Shown here: one piece after another, positions 25,870-39,633 of the stretch
How positions within the stretch are numbered: the stretch's first letter is position 1
Layout of the letters: the number at the start of each line of letters is the position of its first letter
Source: Octopus vulgaris
Lineage: Eukaryota
DNA length: 64,000 bases
Assembly (NCBI GenBank): GCA_951406725.2
Contig: OX597839.1
Location: 28,458,001 to 28,522,000 of the forward strand
Reading direction: 5' to 3'
The notes under the pieces: generated by a model
What the model saw: only the letters and a program-made list of their open reading frames with translations
Databases searched by the model: none
What the model was told of the DNA's origin: nothing
Program-made: the position numbers and the translations under genes

Positions 25870-28800
25870 ATATACACACACACACACATCTGTAAAATCC
25901 TACTGTATCTTTATCATAAACTAACCTAATTAGTTGTAAACTTGTGATTTCTCTCTTACACAAACGACATACAACCATTTTAACACTAGATTGTTGATTT
26001 CCACCATTTACCACTTGTGCAAGACAAACATACTCGAACTTCCTTCTTCTCCTCTTCGTAGTGTCAGGTCCCTCACTCCACCCGACGATGACCCCTATTC
26101 CACATCCAGACAAACAGGTTTCCCATCATGAAAACACTTCAGTGCTTCTTCGTCACCCAAAGGGAAACAAATGAACTTCACTAAACCGTTCTCTTGTGCG
26201 CACTTACCTCCCCTGATACTAGGCCTCGTCAAAAGCCTTCAGTTGTCGACAGACAAACGATGAAACTTCATAGAACACCCGCTCACCAATTGGGGTTACG
26301 ATTGCGAAATTAAACGGTTTTCTGTATTGTAACTTCATTAGGTTATTATATATATATATATTTATCCACCATCAATGCTGCTAAGGAATATAAACAACGA
26401 GGGGAAAGTGAGACGGTGGTGTCGAGAGGTTGGAAAAAATAAACTGCGAAAGAAGTTCAGAAAAAATAATCACACAAACCTCACTTGATTGAAATAACCA
26501 TGAATAAATACCCCAATTTTATTGAATTTATCCAGTTTTATATCACTGACAGTGTACGGTCAGAATACGAGCTATGAGCACTATTTGAAAGTCCAGAACA
26601 GGTTGAAGAGACACCTTGAGATACGCAACAGAAGCTGGTTTTCGTCTGTCAATGTCTACAATAGTCTATTCTTCCACCATCTTTCTGGTTATTTTCCTTT
26701 CCATTTTTACCCCTTTTCATACCAGCCTACCTTAGATCAACCCTGGGATGCTACACATATCTCTCTTAAGGTGATCTAAATTAAAACCTTCCATTAAAAA
26801 ATTTCATGTGTTCGAAACAACAGTTTAATTAACGACGAAGTAATTTTACTACATCCTTCCTTATTTTTTCCCCCTAAAAATAACTGAAATGAAGGTAGCG
26901 TATTTCAACAGAAGTATGGTAACAAAAGGGTTAAAGTGATCTAAATCGAAACCTTCAAAATTTCATGTCATAAATACTAGTTTAACGATGACAAAGTAAT
27001 TTTTCTAAATTCTTCATTATTTTCAAAATTAATAGAAACCAATGCCGTGTATTTCAACTAAAAAATGGCCAGAAATGAATTGAAGTGATTTAGTCTCAAA
27101 ATATCTCCATTTCATTGCTGACTTCAGTTGACCACTACAAACTCAACAGAGAAGAATTAGTGACTGGTCATCATCTTGGAGACAACAATATCACAGGCTG
27201 ACCACAACTGACCCTTGTTAATAATCTCAGCAGAGAATTTTTGGCATTTTCTCAAAAGAAACAACAGTAAAACAATTGCTTGGCTCCATCACCCTCCACC
27301 AAAGATTTCACAGACAAAGCTTCTGTTATTCATATAAAAGAGTAGTTCTTTCGTAAGAACTTCTGCCTCTGGTGGTAGAATCATTAGAGAGGCAGATAAA
27401 ATGCCTGCAGTGTTTAGAGATAGAATTTTTTATACTCTGAGTTCAAATTCCTTACATCCCATCACAATCAATTTTCCCTTTCATACATGTAGTGGGGAAG
27501 GTCCATAAAATACAGAACTGGTAAAGTACAGGAGGAAAGACCCCCTTCCAGTCATGAATGACCATGGGATTGCACCTAGAAATCTCCCCTCTCAGGCACA
27601 AGTCCGGGCAAGGTTGTTTATGGAAGACCAGCAGTCCACCCATGCACACCAGCTTCCGTTCTCCATGCCATTGATGTTATCCAAGGGAAAAGCAAAGACC
27701 GATACAGCTTGGCACCAATGACGTCACAACTCATTTCTACAATGTGAAATAAAGTGTCTTGCTCAAGAACACAATACAGCCTCATCCGAGAATTGAACTC
27801 ACAACCTCATGGTTGTGAGCCGGATACTCTAACCACTGAGCTATGTGCATTCACACACATCAAAGGACAGGAAGTGATTTATATCCCTGTAGTGCTTCAC
27901 CCCCATCATCGTTTAATGTCCTCTGCTTCCATGGGTTGGACGGTTTGACAGGAATAGACAGGCCAGGGGACTCTTCCAGGTTCCATGTCTGCTTCCTAGG
28001 TGTAAAGAGAACAGACCTCTAACAGAAGATGTGACAAGGCCTGGAAGAGAAATTTACCTCACAGCTAAAACTGATCGATCACACGGGCACCATGCTTGAT
28101 GTCTGCATCGTTTAACCCCTGGTCAGCCCTGACCAGGTGAACCTATGACCAAAGGCAATCTAGTCATGAACACCCTGCCTCTTCAAAAGTACCAAAGACA
28201 ACATTACCAAATGTTGTCCTTCAAATCATGAAGTGAAAGGGGTTATAATTTGAGGGAAACTTCATTATTATTTCTAGGTCAAGCAAACACCCACCCACCC
28301 CACCCACTGACGTAATGTTACAGACATTGACAGGTTTACATGCTATATATTGCGTTGTTTGGTTTCTGTTTTTGTCTTTTGGTTTTATGGTTCTTTTCTT
28401 TTCTTTTCTTTTCTTTCTTTTTTTATTTTTTAAGAAATGTCACCATGATTCTCAATTCATTGCAATTTGAACAATAAACAAAACATACATTCCAGAACAG
28501 CCAACCACCACAGAACAGAACATAAAAGAGATTGGTGGTGGTGTTCAGATGTCAGAACACTTCATTAGAAAATGTGTGTGTGTGTGTGTGCATATATATA
28601 TATATGTATACACACACACATACATACATACATATAATCATCCTTTAACGTCAGTTTTTCATGCTGGCATGGGTTGGACAGGGCATATGTACACATGCAC
28701 TTTACATTGGAGGTTGTTAAGCTGATGAATATTTCTAATTAAAAAGTGTGAGTGTGTATATGTTTATATACACTTGCATGCGTATGTATGCACACACAGT

Positions 28801-29025
28801 TCAGATTGAAGATTGTTGTTGAACTGTTGGAGTTTTAGAATGGGTGTGTGTATATGCTTATATATATACACACACACACACACATATATATACACCACAA
28901 ACCATAAGAAATTGTTGGTGAGTTTGTAATTAGAAAATGTATGTTGTATATTTATACATACATTCATATACACTTCACACTGGAGGTTGTTGTTGAGCTG
29001 TAATAACTTTTGAACTGGGAAAATA

Positions 29026-29069
<44 letters not shown>

Positions 29070-29130
29070 CACACACACACACACACATATTTCATAATAG
29101 GGGAAATGCATATGCCCACACACACATATG

Positions 29131-29172
<42 letters not shown>

Positions 29173-29346
29173 CACACACAAACACACTTAACATTGAACA
29201 CTGTTGAGCTGTAGGAGATTCTAATTAGAAAATATGTATGTATATATATTTATATACACACATATACACAAACATACACATATGCATGCATACATACAAA
29301 CACACAATATATATGCATATATATACCTATGCATACACATACAATA

Positions 29347-29378
<32 letters not shown>

Positions 29379-29537
29379 CATGTCGGGCTTCTTTCAGTTT
29401 ACGTCTAACACTCACAAGGCTTTGGTTGGCCTGAGGCTATGGTAAAAGACACTTGCCCAAGGTGTCACACAGTGGGACTGAACCCAGAACCATGTGTGGT
29501 TGGGAAGCAAGCTTCTTACCACACAGCCGCTTCTGCA

Positions 29538-29577
<40 letters not shown>

Positions 29578-30043
29578 CATATACATACACACACATGCAT
29601 ACATGTCATGTATACACATATCCAAAATAGAGAGTGTTGGTTAACCAATGCTTTGTGAGTAATTTGGTGGAGAGAAAGAGTGTGAAGACTTGTCAGTTGG
29701 TTTGAGGGTGTGAATGGCTTAACAAGATAGAAAAGCTGACATCCAGTCAAGGGAGTCCAAGGTTCAAGTTCTGGCCACAGCACTGCATTGTTTTGAGTCA
29801 ATCAATCAATCCCGATGGCAATTAGCTCTCAAAGTGTCTCAGTCCACCGAGCTGTAAAAAGATACCACATCAAATAATTCCTGAAGGAAGGGAAGCAAAA
29901 TAAGAAATTGAACTCCAGTAAAAAGCAATGGTAGAGCCTCCTTGTGATGTGCCAAGGGAACTCTGTAGCTGTGGATTTGGATGTTGAAGATGGCCCCAGG
30001 GCCAACAGGTATTAGGTTTGATTTGACAATGCCATCAATCCAT

Positions 30044-30087
<44 letters not shown>

Positions 30088-30664
30088 CAGGAAGTGAAAA
30101 GGAAGGACAAGGTTTGAAGAGCTGCAACTGTTGCACAGATCTAACGTAAAGAGGTGTTTAGCCGATGCAAAAGCTGATCATACATATACATGTTGTTTAC
30201 CGTCCCATTAAGGTAGGAAAAACATAAAATGTACCCCTTCCAGTGAGAGATATCATTTAATCTATGCGGTATTTAAAATAAGAGTTAATAACAGTTTCTT
30301 GCCATTGAGACGTTGAGATTACATATCTATATAACACGCCTTGTGTCTCCAAGCAATCTTCAGGCTCAGTGCACATGGTTTATTCTAGTTGAAAACCAAA
30401 CCATGTGACAAGTGTCTTAACGACAAGAAGCTATTAGCAGCTCTTATTTTAATAGTGTATATTAAATGATATATAATATACACACACACACAGAGAGTTT
30501 GAAACTTTGTGACAGGTTTTAAAGAAAAACAAATGTGCATGCAGGAATTTATGAATGCGTACCTGTAAGTACACACCACGTGTGAGTGTTAAATGAGATA
30601 TCCGATTACTTTGTAGATTTGTGTATATATATGCATGTGTATGAGTGAGTGTGCATAAGACTCT

Positions 30665-30700
<36 letters not shown>

Positions 30701-31659
30701 GACTTGGGTCCATGCAACTTAGAGTTTCGTTGTTGCATGAATCCAACTTGAATTGTTATTAAATAATATATAACAAGTACTAAATGTGCTGTGAGTCATT
30801 TTCTTTCGTTTGTCCACCAGTTCATATGAATATATATCAGATAAGTAGTGGTGTATGAATGGCGTATGCAAAAATGATTAAAAAAAGGAAATTCTTAATG
30901 ACCTGAAATTTCATTTCAAGTCGTTAAAAAAAAAAAATGAAGAAAAAGAAAATGAAAAAATTAAAACCTGGTGGCAATTGTTGACAGCTCAAAGTAAAAG
31001 GGAGGTAATTTCAAGAAATTCATTTTAAAAGAATCTTTCTAATGTCATGCTCAAAAAAGGGGTTTGGATCTTGGGTGGGAAAAAAAAAATCTATGCCATC
31101 AATGGCATATCTGAGTTATTTCCCTTCGTTCTATCATTCTCTTACAAAGAAAGAACATAGATGAACGGAGAACTTCTTTTGGAACAAAGACTCCACCGAA
31201 CCAGTGATGCTGCTATTGCTAATAATGGTTGCGGGGGGGGGGGGGGGCAGAAAGGTGAAGCCAGAGGAAGGAAGCCACAAAAATGGCAGGTGAGAGACTC
31301 AAGAAGGAAAATACCGAAGCTGTCACCAAATTATTCAAAGTTGAAAGAAGGAGCTGAGACGGACGAATGGAAAGGCGAAAGGGATGTGGGGGTTCGTAGC
31401 AGAAACAGCTGCTGCTAGGGGACATCCTCTCCAACCTCCCTGCAACATTCTCTATTTTACAAGGTCTCCAAAACGAACCTTTATTACTTTCAGAGCCGAG
31501 TTGCGAACAGCCTTACATGGAGAACAAAGAACAAAGATGTAGAAGGATGCTCATTCGAAGAGGGACAGAATCCGGTTCAAATACGGTCGATGGATATAAA
31601 CAGGAGCGAATAAATGTGCTGCTGCTGCTGTTCTTAAGCAACAAGATGGGTGAGGATGA

Positions 31660-31848
31660 TTAAGGTGATGATCTAGGGCTAAGGGGCGGGGACCCCAGAC
31701 CTTGGGAAAAAAAAAACTTTGGTTGTCTTGTTGTAGTCGAGGGCTCTTCGTTGACGCCCGACACCACTGGGAGATGACCCTTGAAGTCGCTGGAAATGGA
31801 GATCTCCAGGTCCAAATTCTTGGACGGCTGCTGCTGCTGGTTGCAATG
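31660..31848 (-). CDS. Candidate alternative terminal exon of RABEP1 lacking FYVE completion
   Basis: Pyrimidine-rich acceptor region ctccaaacctttcagcaatag, then a phase-0 open frame of 62 codons (HCNQQQQPSKNLDLEISISSDFKGHLPVVSGVNEEPSTTTRQPKFFFSQGLGSPPLSPRSSP*) in a GC-richer non-repetitive block followed by UTR-like sequence. Confidence 0.35.
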   Translation of the reverse strand, partial: HCNQQQQPSKNLDLEISISSDFKGHLPVVSGVNEEPSTTTRQPKFFFSQGLGSPPLSPRSSP

Positions 31849-32699
31849 CTATTGCTGAAAGGTTTGGAGATAAATCAGAGGGGAGGGGGAGTTGGAAGGA
31901 ATTAACACTTACTAATTATTATATCGTTAAGTGTTGCAGTAACAAGGATTTCTTCATATCTTGGCACAATTTATTGGTGTGTTGGGGTGGGGGTGATATG
32001 GAAGGAGGGGTGTGAATGACTGAATCAAATAAAAATACCTGACTTACCTGGCCCTTATTTTAATTACCACTATACCATGCTACCTACTTCAGAAAGTATA
32101 AAGTGCAAAGAGTTTGATTCTCTGGCAAGGTTTGAACCCAAAACAAGGAGAGACAGAAGTAAAACACTGTAAGACGATTTTCTGACTACAGTTTCTGCCA
32201 GGCCATTCCTTCCTCCCTCACCACCATCATCATCATCATCATCATCATCTCTGAATTGTCTCATCTATAAATAATTACTTCTTGGTTAGTCCACATTAGT
32301 CACTAAGGAGCAAGGGGCTCGTTTCTTGGTTTCTCTGATGTATACATATTCCTCCCTGGATGCGACGCCAATCCATTGCAGCACTACTCATTTCTGCTAA
32401 CAGAGTGGACTGGGGCAGCGTGAAATGAAGGGTTTTGCTTAAGAACACAATGCAGGGCCCAGGCCAGGAATCGAAACCACAATCTTACGATCATGAGTCC
32501 AACACTTTAACCACTAAGCCATGCACCTCTACCATAGGCATCTACACATGCATACATCATCATCATCATTTAACATCTGTTGTCCATGGGTTGTACGATT
32601 TGACTGAGGCTGCACCAATTCCAGTCTGATGTGGCATGGTTTCTATGGCTGGAATCCCTTCCTAGCACCAACCAATCCAGGAGTGTAATGGGTGCTTTT

Positions 32700-32875
32700 A
32701 TGTGCCACCGCAAGAACCGCACAGAAGAGTCCTTGCTGTTCCAAAAGCAATGATGGGTTTTCTAGGTCTTCTATCTTTACATTTGTTCCAATCTTTTTTA
32801 GCCATCTCGGTGGTTGGGTACTGATGCTTCCAAGTGCACCAGTCACAAGTGGAATCAAATCCACTTTATTCATTG

Positions 32876-32907
<32 letters not shown>

Positions 32908-33235
32908 CATTTATTGTTGTTATTATTTAAATTCTCAGAGCACTTCGTCTTACTCGCTCTGGTTGATTCTGTGACAGCAGACAGCGACCTGTTGCCAGAG
33001 GTCTCACAGGGTCACTTTCCGCAAATTATAAGCTCTGGTACCCGGATGCCAACTTGTTGTGGGAGACACTCACCACCCAAGCACCATTCTAAAAATCCTA
33101 GCTGTCCCCAACAGAGCAGTCTTTCGGGCCTGCTCGCTCCTCGGGTCAATTCCAATTTCTCCAACATATTTCTCAAACCTGGCTATTAGTGCTCCAACTG
33201 CCCCTACCATTACCGGAACGACAGACACTTTCCTT
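32700..33235 (-). mobile_element. Two 5'-truncated R4/Dong-like non-LTR retrotransposon 3' ends in (TAA)n
   Basis: VVPVMVGAVGALIARFEKYVGEIGIDPRSEQARKTALLGTARIFRMVL and LIPLVTGALGSISTQPPRWLKKIG resemble the C-terminal restriction-like endonuclease region of R4/Dong elements; each is bounded by TAA/TTA repeats. Confidence 0.65.
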
Positions 33236-34366
33236 ATTTTAATATTATCATTATCATTATTATTATTATTATTGGTAGGTGGATGGGGGTTTCTAAATGG
33301 ATCGAAACTTAGATGAAGCAATTCTTATCTTACTGAGGATGAGGATTATGTTGATGATGATGATGATAGTTTATTCCATATTGCAGAATGTTATCAAAGC
33401 TTTGAAGAGTTGTAAAATCTCAGATATTTATTAGACCTAGGTTGATATGGCAACAAAAAAATAATAAATAAATAAAAGGAGGTGGGGTTGACCTAAGCAT
33501 AGCCACAGCCAGCAGCAGATCAAATCGTCCCATCCTGGCAGGGAGAATATTGTTCTGACTGAGCATATAATAAATGGAGACGAGTGGGGGGGGGGAGCTT
33601 GCAACAATGACAAACTACAGAATGGGCAAGAGAGGTGAGTGTGTGATATAATAGTGCCAGTGATATCAATCCATCTTCTATCAAGATGCTTTACTAAAAT
33701 GGGGACCCAAATTAAAAGTGAAAGTAGACCACAGAAGATTCAGAAGGGGCAAAAGGAAGAAAAAAAGAAAAGAACCCAGTCATGTGATACATTGACCCTT
33801 TAGCATTTAAACCTGCCATATCAGGCCCAAACATCTTACTGGTTTTATGTTCAAACTGGCCAGATCCAGCCTCTCACACATACCTTACAATGTCATTTTA
33901 AAAATGAACAAACACATCATGAAAATCTTAAAGTAACAAGATAATGCCTGATTAATTAAAAACGATGTGGATAAACGAGCATTACATTCAACAGAGTAAT
34001 TTGAATGCTTAAAGGGTTAACTAAATCTGGGCAAAATCAGACATCACTTGAGTATTAAATATTGCTTAGAATGAAACAATGTCCTCACACTCACACAGCC
34101 ATTCCAGTGACCTTCACAAAGTACTTACTATATACACTGCCGCAGCCCATGAAAAGAAGGGCAATATAACCAATCAGATGTTGGTGGACTGCAAGAACAC
34201 ATAGGAGTGACTTTTATCTCATTCACCAATCTGCCCTCAATAGGGTACCATACGGTTACTAATGAGACTTTCTTGAAATGGTTTTTCAGTGAAATCTAGT
34301 GTACAATAGAGATACAGTTCTTCCTTTAATTACAACAGGGTCAGATGAAGGATAAAACAGAGACAG

Positions 34367-34522
34367 CAGGGGCGGACTGAGCCGTCGGTCAATCAGGCAC
34401 TGCCCAAGGGCCCGGAGCTCTGAGGGGCCTGCACTCTACATGTCAACTACTAAAACACACATTTAAGGGGGCCCAGTGAACAGTTATGCCCGAGGGCCCA
34501 TAATACTCTCAGTCCACCCTTG
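34367..34522. mobile_element. hAT-type MITE
   Basis: TIR CAGGGGCGGACTGA / TCAGTCCACCCTTG with a perfect 8-bp TSD AGAGACAG. Confidence 0.8.
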
Positions 34523-34903
34523 AGAGACAGCCAAAGAATAGCGTGTCCTCTCTTCCTATCTTTCTCTCTGTGTTTTTGAATATCAAATAGAAGATAGATA
34601 ATTGTCCACTTGACAATTTAGTGACAATGCTCTCTACAGCTACATAACGCAATCATTTATCGAATCGGATCGACAGACTCAATTACTGTCCAAAATATAG
34701 CATAGTTCATCACTGACACCTCCAAGACCAGCATTATATGTATGAACATTGACAGCTTCATAGGTGAGGCATTACTTCTGATGGAGAATGCTTTTAAAGG
34801 ATGTAAATCTAGGTAGTAAGTAAATGCAGCCAGTGACTTGAGAGACAACTTTTAAATGGTAGTCCAGGTTTAGACTCAGTTTCACAGCGACAGATTGATG
34901 ATG

Positions 34904-34946
<43 letters not shown>

Positions 34947-34978
34947 GTATATATATATATATGTATATATATATAAAT

Positions 34979-35025
<47 letters not shown>

Positions 35026-36435
35026 CTCCCCAGTTAAGATGATGGTCAATCACAGCTGACATCTCCCGAATGTTCTGGGACCCATTCCGACAGCTAGGTG
35101 AGGTGACGTGAAGTGAGGAAAATGTAGAATAATGCTCTCTACTTGAAAAAACACATTGTGAAGCTTGCAGTTGATCTTGGCTTGTGGCCTTTTAGGAGAA
35201 CCACAAGAAGTAATGAGGTGGAAGGATTTTTTTTTTTCAGACTAAAACAGCATGCCAAAAAATCATTAAGCAAGGTTGGGAAAATCCCTAACGAGCTTCC
35301 GTAAGAACATTATAACAGGTGGAAATCCAACAAGGGCTGTTTGAAACTGTAGCACAACAATAATATTAAATGAATATTGCTGTATGGTTGTAAATGCTGG
35401 TTGATAAGTCACCGAAGGGAACACAGAAGGAACTCACCATGTTTCATATTGGCTATCTCAAGAACAGATAGGACGATACAGAACTTTTCTGTGACCAAAA
35501 ATGAAAGATCTCATATGAAGGTCTAATTAAGGACAAAACTGCAAAAAGCATCTCATCTCTGTTAAGTCTGCAGGGAGTTATGGTCAGGTTTTCCGAATGA
35601 ACCAAACATAATCACATTTTAAAAATTTTTAGCCGAGATGGACCCTGCCACCAGAATCAAGAAAAATTGATCACCTTCAGACGAAGGTGAAAAAAAAAAA
35701 AAAGAAGAAACCCTGAAGGCAGGAGGAGGACAACAATAACCAGCTTGAAAAACATGTTTTGCATGGTGGAAAAAACCCAATAAACCGCTCTTCCACCAGC
35801 CTTGGAATAAATGGCAAGCTATTGTCAAAGCCTTCTATCCCATTGATTTACAAAGAAATGTGAAAAATAATATATACACACACGGACACACACACACGGA
35901 CATACTCACTCATACACACACAAATACACGCACAGACACACACACACGCTCCGGTTAAAAGAATGGGTGACAGAATCATCATTACAAATAAATATCCTTA
36001 TATATTAATTCTGCAACAGTCACAGTCTGTTTTGTTTTTTCTTTCATTTTAGTTTTGTATATTTTTTGTCTTTTTTTTTCATCTACTTTTTATACAATAA
36101 ATTGGAAAGAAAGTTCTTCCAATGTTCTTTTATATAATTACATTCAGTCACTTCTGCTGCTGTTGTTGTTGTTGTTGTTGTTGAATATTTTTGTTTATTT
36201 ATTTATATCCATAAATATCTGGCAGTTCTCCACATGAGATTTTTTTTTCTGTATTATTCTTTCTTTCTCTCTTTCTCTCTCTCTTTCTCTTCCTTTTGAG
36301 CCTTGAACAGTTTGCGCCACCAAAAAAAAAAAGAAAAAACTGTTCCGTCCGTCCGTCAGTCAGCAACTGCCCCACCCCTAGGATAAGAGTTAGTTCCACA
36401 ATAGAAATTTACAGAGGAAACCATCAAGGAGGTTT

Positions 36436-36603
36436 TTAATGGGGTGTCGAAGGCGGTTCTGTACTGAAGTAAGGGGTAGCATCTTTCACCAGAATTGTAT
36501 GGCACACATCACAGACTTTAGACGAACGCATGTTTGGACCACTCATCACATTCTTGGCATTGCAGTCGGCGCAGAATATCTTCCCGCAGTGTCGGCAGTG
36601 ATG
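36436..36603 (-). CDS. RABEP1: RABEP1-like terminal coding exon (FYVE zinc finger)
   Basis: cccag acceptor, phase 0; HHCRHCGKIFCADCNAKNVMSGPNMRSSKVCDVCHTILVKDATPYFSTEPPSTPH* completes the (K)RKHHCRxCG...VCxxC FYVE signature (not in the ORF track). Confidence 0.92.
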   Translation of the reverse strand, partial: HHCRHCGKIFCADCNAKNVMSGPNMRSSKVCDVCHTILVKDATPYFSTEPPSTPH

Positions 36604-36838
36604 CTGGGCGATGAAGAAAAGATAACAACAAACGACAGTTTAGCTTTACATCATCAAAAACATTTCATTTCAAGAAACTCATTTTTTGACAAACTAAGAT
36701 AAAATAAGTACCAGTTGAATACTGGGGTTCATGTAAATTACTATCCCCCACCCCCTAAAAAAAAATTCCTGGTCTTGTGCCAAAATTTGGCACCATTGCT
36801 ATAAGAGACTACAGATGCCATGCAAAGTCGGTGCTTAC

Positions 36839-36949
36839 CTTTCGCTTTGTCACAGAGAAAGCCTGTCTGCAATTGTTGCATTCATCGACATCTTCTTCAT
36901 GCTGCCATCTCACCTCAGTTTCTGCTTGCCGAATTTTTTCCAGTTGAAT
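36839..36949 (-). CDS. RABEP1: RABEP1-like coding exon (end of Rab5-binding region, start of FYVE)
   Basis: tttcttcag acceptor and AAG|gtaagc donor; 111 nt; IQLEKIRQAETEVRWQHEEDVDECNNCRQAFSVTKRK (not in the ORF track). Confidence 0.92.
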
Positions 36950-37354
36950 CTGAAGAAAAACACAAGAATAAAAAGGAATAAAAAGGAGAACGGCTAATTT
37001 TTATTTAATTAATTGTTTAATATTTATTGTTCCCAGCAATCAATTGAGATCGTTATAAAACTGAAGATTTACACACCAGCCCCAGGAATGTATCTAAAAT
37101 GTAAATTGGTATATCCTATTTCTTTACTACCCTCAAGGGGCTAAACACAAAGGAGACAAACAAGGATAGACAGACGGATTAAGTCGATTATATCGACTCC
37201 AGTGCGTAACTGGTACTTAATTTATCAACCCCGAAAGGATGAAAGGCAAAGTCGACCTCGGCAGAATTTGAACTCAGAACGTAACAGCAGACGAAATACG
37301 GCTACGCATTTCGCCCGGCATGCTAATGATTCTGCCAGTTCATCGCCCTTAATT

Positions 37355-37625
37355 TGGTATATCCAATTTCCGTGCCGGTGGCACATAAAAAGCACCATCC
37401 GACCGTGGCCGTTTGCCAGCCTTGCCTGGCACCTGTGCTGGTGGCACGTAAAAAGCACCCACTACACTCATGGAGTGGTTGGCGTTAGGAAGGGCATCCA
37501 GCTGTAGAAACATTGCCAGATCAGACTGGGCCTGGTGCAGCCTTCTGGCTTCCCAGACCCCAGTTGCACCGTCCAACCCATGCCAGCATGGAAAGCGGAT
37601 GCTAAACGATGATGATGATGATGAT
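37355..37625 (+). mobile_element. SINE/LINE 3' fragment with (GAT)n tail and tandem 'gtggcacgtaaaaagcacc' units
   Basis: Related copies at 3375-3735 (+) and 21497-21730, 57940-58310 and 63160-63510 (-). Confidence 0.7.
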
Positions 37626-37880
37626 GAATAACTTAACATGGCTGCATGCTGTGGCTATATAAGCAATGTGTTCGGAGGAGAGAGTGGGTTAGATGGGTGC
37701 TGATGAAGGAGCAAAACCCATTGAAATATGGCATATACACTCGTTACCCATTTTTGTCTTTGAGCTCATTGTTGGTTTACTCGACTAAAGGCGGTGCTCC
37801 AGCATGGCCGCAGTCAAATGACTGAAACAAGTAAAAGAGAGTAAAAGAGAAGGAGAGTAAAAGAGAAGGAGAGTACAAAC

Positions 37881-37997
37881 CTGTAAAGACTGGGATAGTT
37901 TAACAAAATCTCTCTGTACAGCTTCACTATTCTCCAGATCCACTTGCAATGACTGCACCTTGGCCTTCATTGTGCTCACTTCCGTCTCCAGTTTACT
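37881..37997 (-). CDS. RABEP1: RABEP1-like coding exon (C-terminal Rab5-binding helix)
   Basis: ttccag acceptor and CAG|gtttgt donor; 117 nt, phase 0; SKLETEVSTMKAKVQSLQVDLENSEAVQRDFVKLSQSLQ contains the Rabaptin hallmark SExVQRDFVKLSQxLQ. Confidence 0.93.
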
Positions 37998-38348
37998 CTG
38001 GAAGTCCAGCAGAAAAAAAGAGAAGAGAAACAAAGAGAGTTGAGACAGTGAAGGAGATATTTCGGTAAGAATTTACTTGAAAGAAACTCAACGACTGGGG
38101 TTAATACCATAATACAGTGATCCCCGAAATTATTTCATTGCGGAACCCCTTAAACAACCTTTTTTTTTATAGAAATCACAAAATCTCTTCTGTTTCACAA
38201 ATAAACCCTGCCACACTTGAGTTTGGTAAAAGATTGAATAACACAAAAATTGTTTTGGTAGAAAGAATTTATCCGTGTGTGTGTGTGTGTGTACATATCG
38301 GAAAAAATGATGTTACACCCTCATACATCACAATGTACAAGTGAATGC

Positions 38349-38388
<40 letters not shown>

Positions 38389-38888
38389 ATGAAATAAAAT
38401 ATATGATGAGTAAAAGATATGTTAAAATCTAACTCAAAGACAAAAGCAACAAATAAAATTCATCCCTGAGAATTGATATATTAAAAATCTGATACTCAAA
38501 TTACTCATTTAGCACACTAAAATAAGATCGCATCTCATATATATATATGTATTTTGATGATTTTGATTTTTCCAGTTTCAGCTCATGAGCTGTGGTCATG
38601 CTGGGGCACCGCCATTGTATATATATAAAAGAAATAAATGTGCCCTTTTAAAGCCTAGCCAGGCTCAGGGTCCCGGTTTCCTGGTTTCAATGGCGTATGT
38701 GTTCCCCAGCTGGACGGGACGCCAGTCCATTGCAGCGTTACTCATTTTTGCCAGCTGAGTGGACACAGCTGAGCCTCGTGAAATGAAGTGTTTTGTTCCA
38801 GAACACAACACGTCGCCCGGTCCAAAAATCGAAACCACAATCTTACGATCATGATGCTGACACCCTAACCACTAAGTCACGCACCTCC

Positions 38889-38931
<43 letters not shown>

Positions 38932-39589
38932 TACACAATGGGCTTCTTTCAGTTTCCGTCTACCAAATCCACTCACACGGCTTTGGTCAGCCTGAGGCTA
39001 TAGTAGCAGACATTTCCAAGATGCTGTGCAGTGGGACTGAACCCGGAACCATGCGGTCAAGAAGCAAACTTCTTACCAAACAGCCACGCCTATATTTGTA
39101 ATATATTTGGTAAGTTAATTCTAAAAACATAGTTTTACATTTAACCCTTTTAGCAGCATCAAGTTTCCATTTTAAGCACTTTTTTAGCTTCTGTTCTTGA
39201 CAAATCCAAGTTTTTTTGAGAAAAAAAAAATTATTTGTTGTTTTTCGTTTAGCATCACTGTTCTACAGACAGGTTATAAGCGTTTCAATTTGGAAAGAGA
39301 ACGATCTATTTTAGTGAGTTGAATATTTTTAAGTAGGAGACATTTAATGTATCTCTGTGTTGGGTGTGTGTTTTAAGGGCTTGTGTTGTATATACTTGTA
39401 TGTGTGTGCATTAAGGCTACGTCTCTCTGCAGATGATATATATATACATATATATATATATACATATATCTCGCACTGAGATTTATCATTGTTTGATTTC
39501 ACTTTTTCAATATCAGTGTCAATCGATACTGGAAAATGTATTTGTATTTGTGAAGGGAACCTTACTTCTCATCGACAACTATGATTGTC

Positions 39590-39633
39590 ACACGCCGATG
39601 ACGGGTCAATACCCTGAAACTCGAGTCCGTGTG
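39590..39633 (+). ncRNA. Type I minimal hammerhead motif (U4C core variant)
   Basis: acacg-CCGATGA-cggg-tcaata-ccct-GAAAC-TCGA-GTC|cgtgt; helix I acacg/cgtgt, palindromic helix III ACTCGAGT. Confidence 0.55.
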
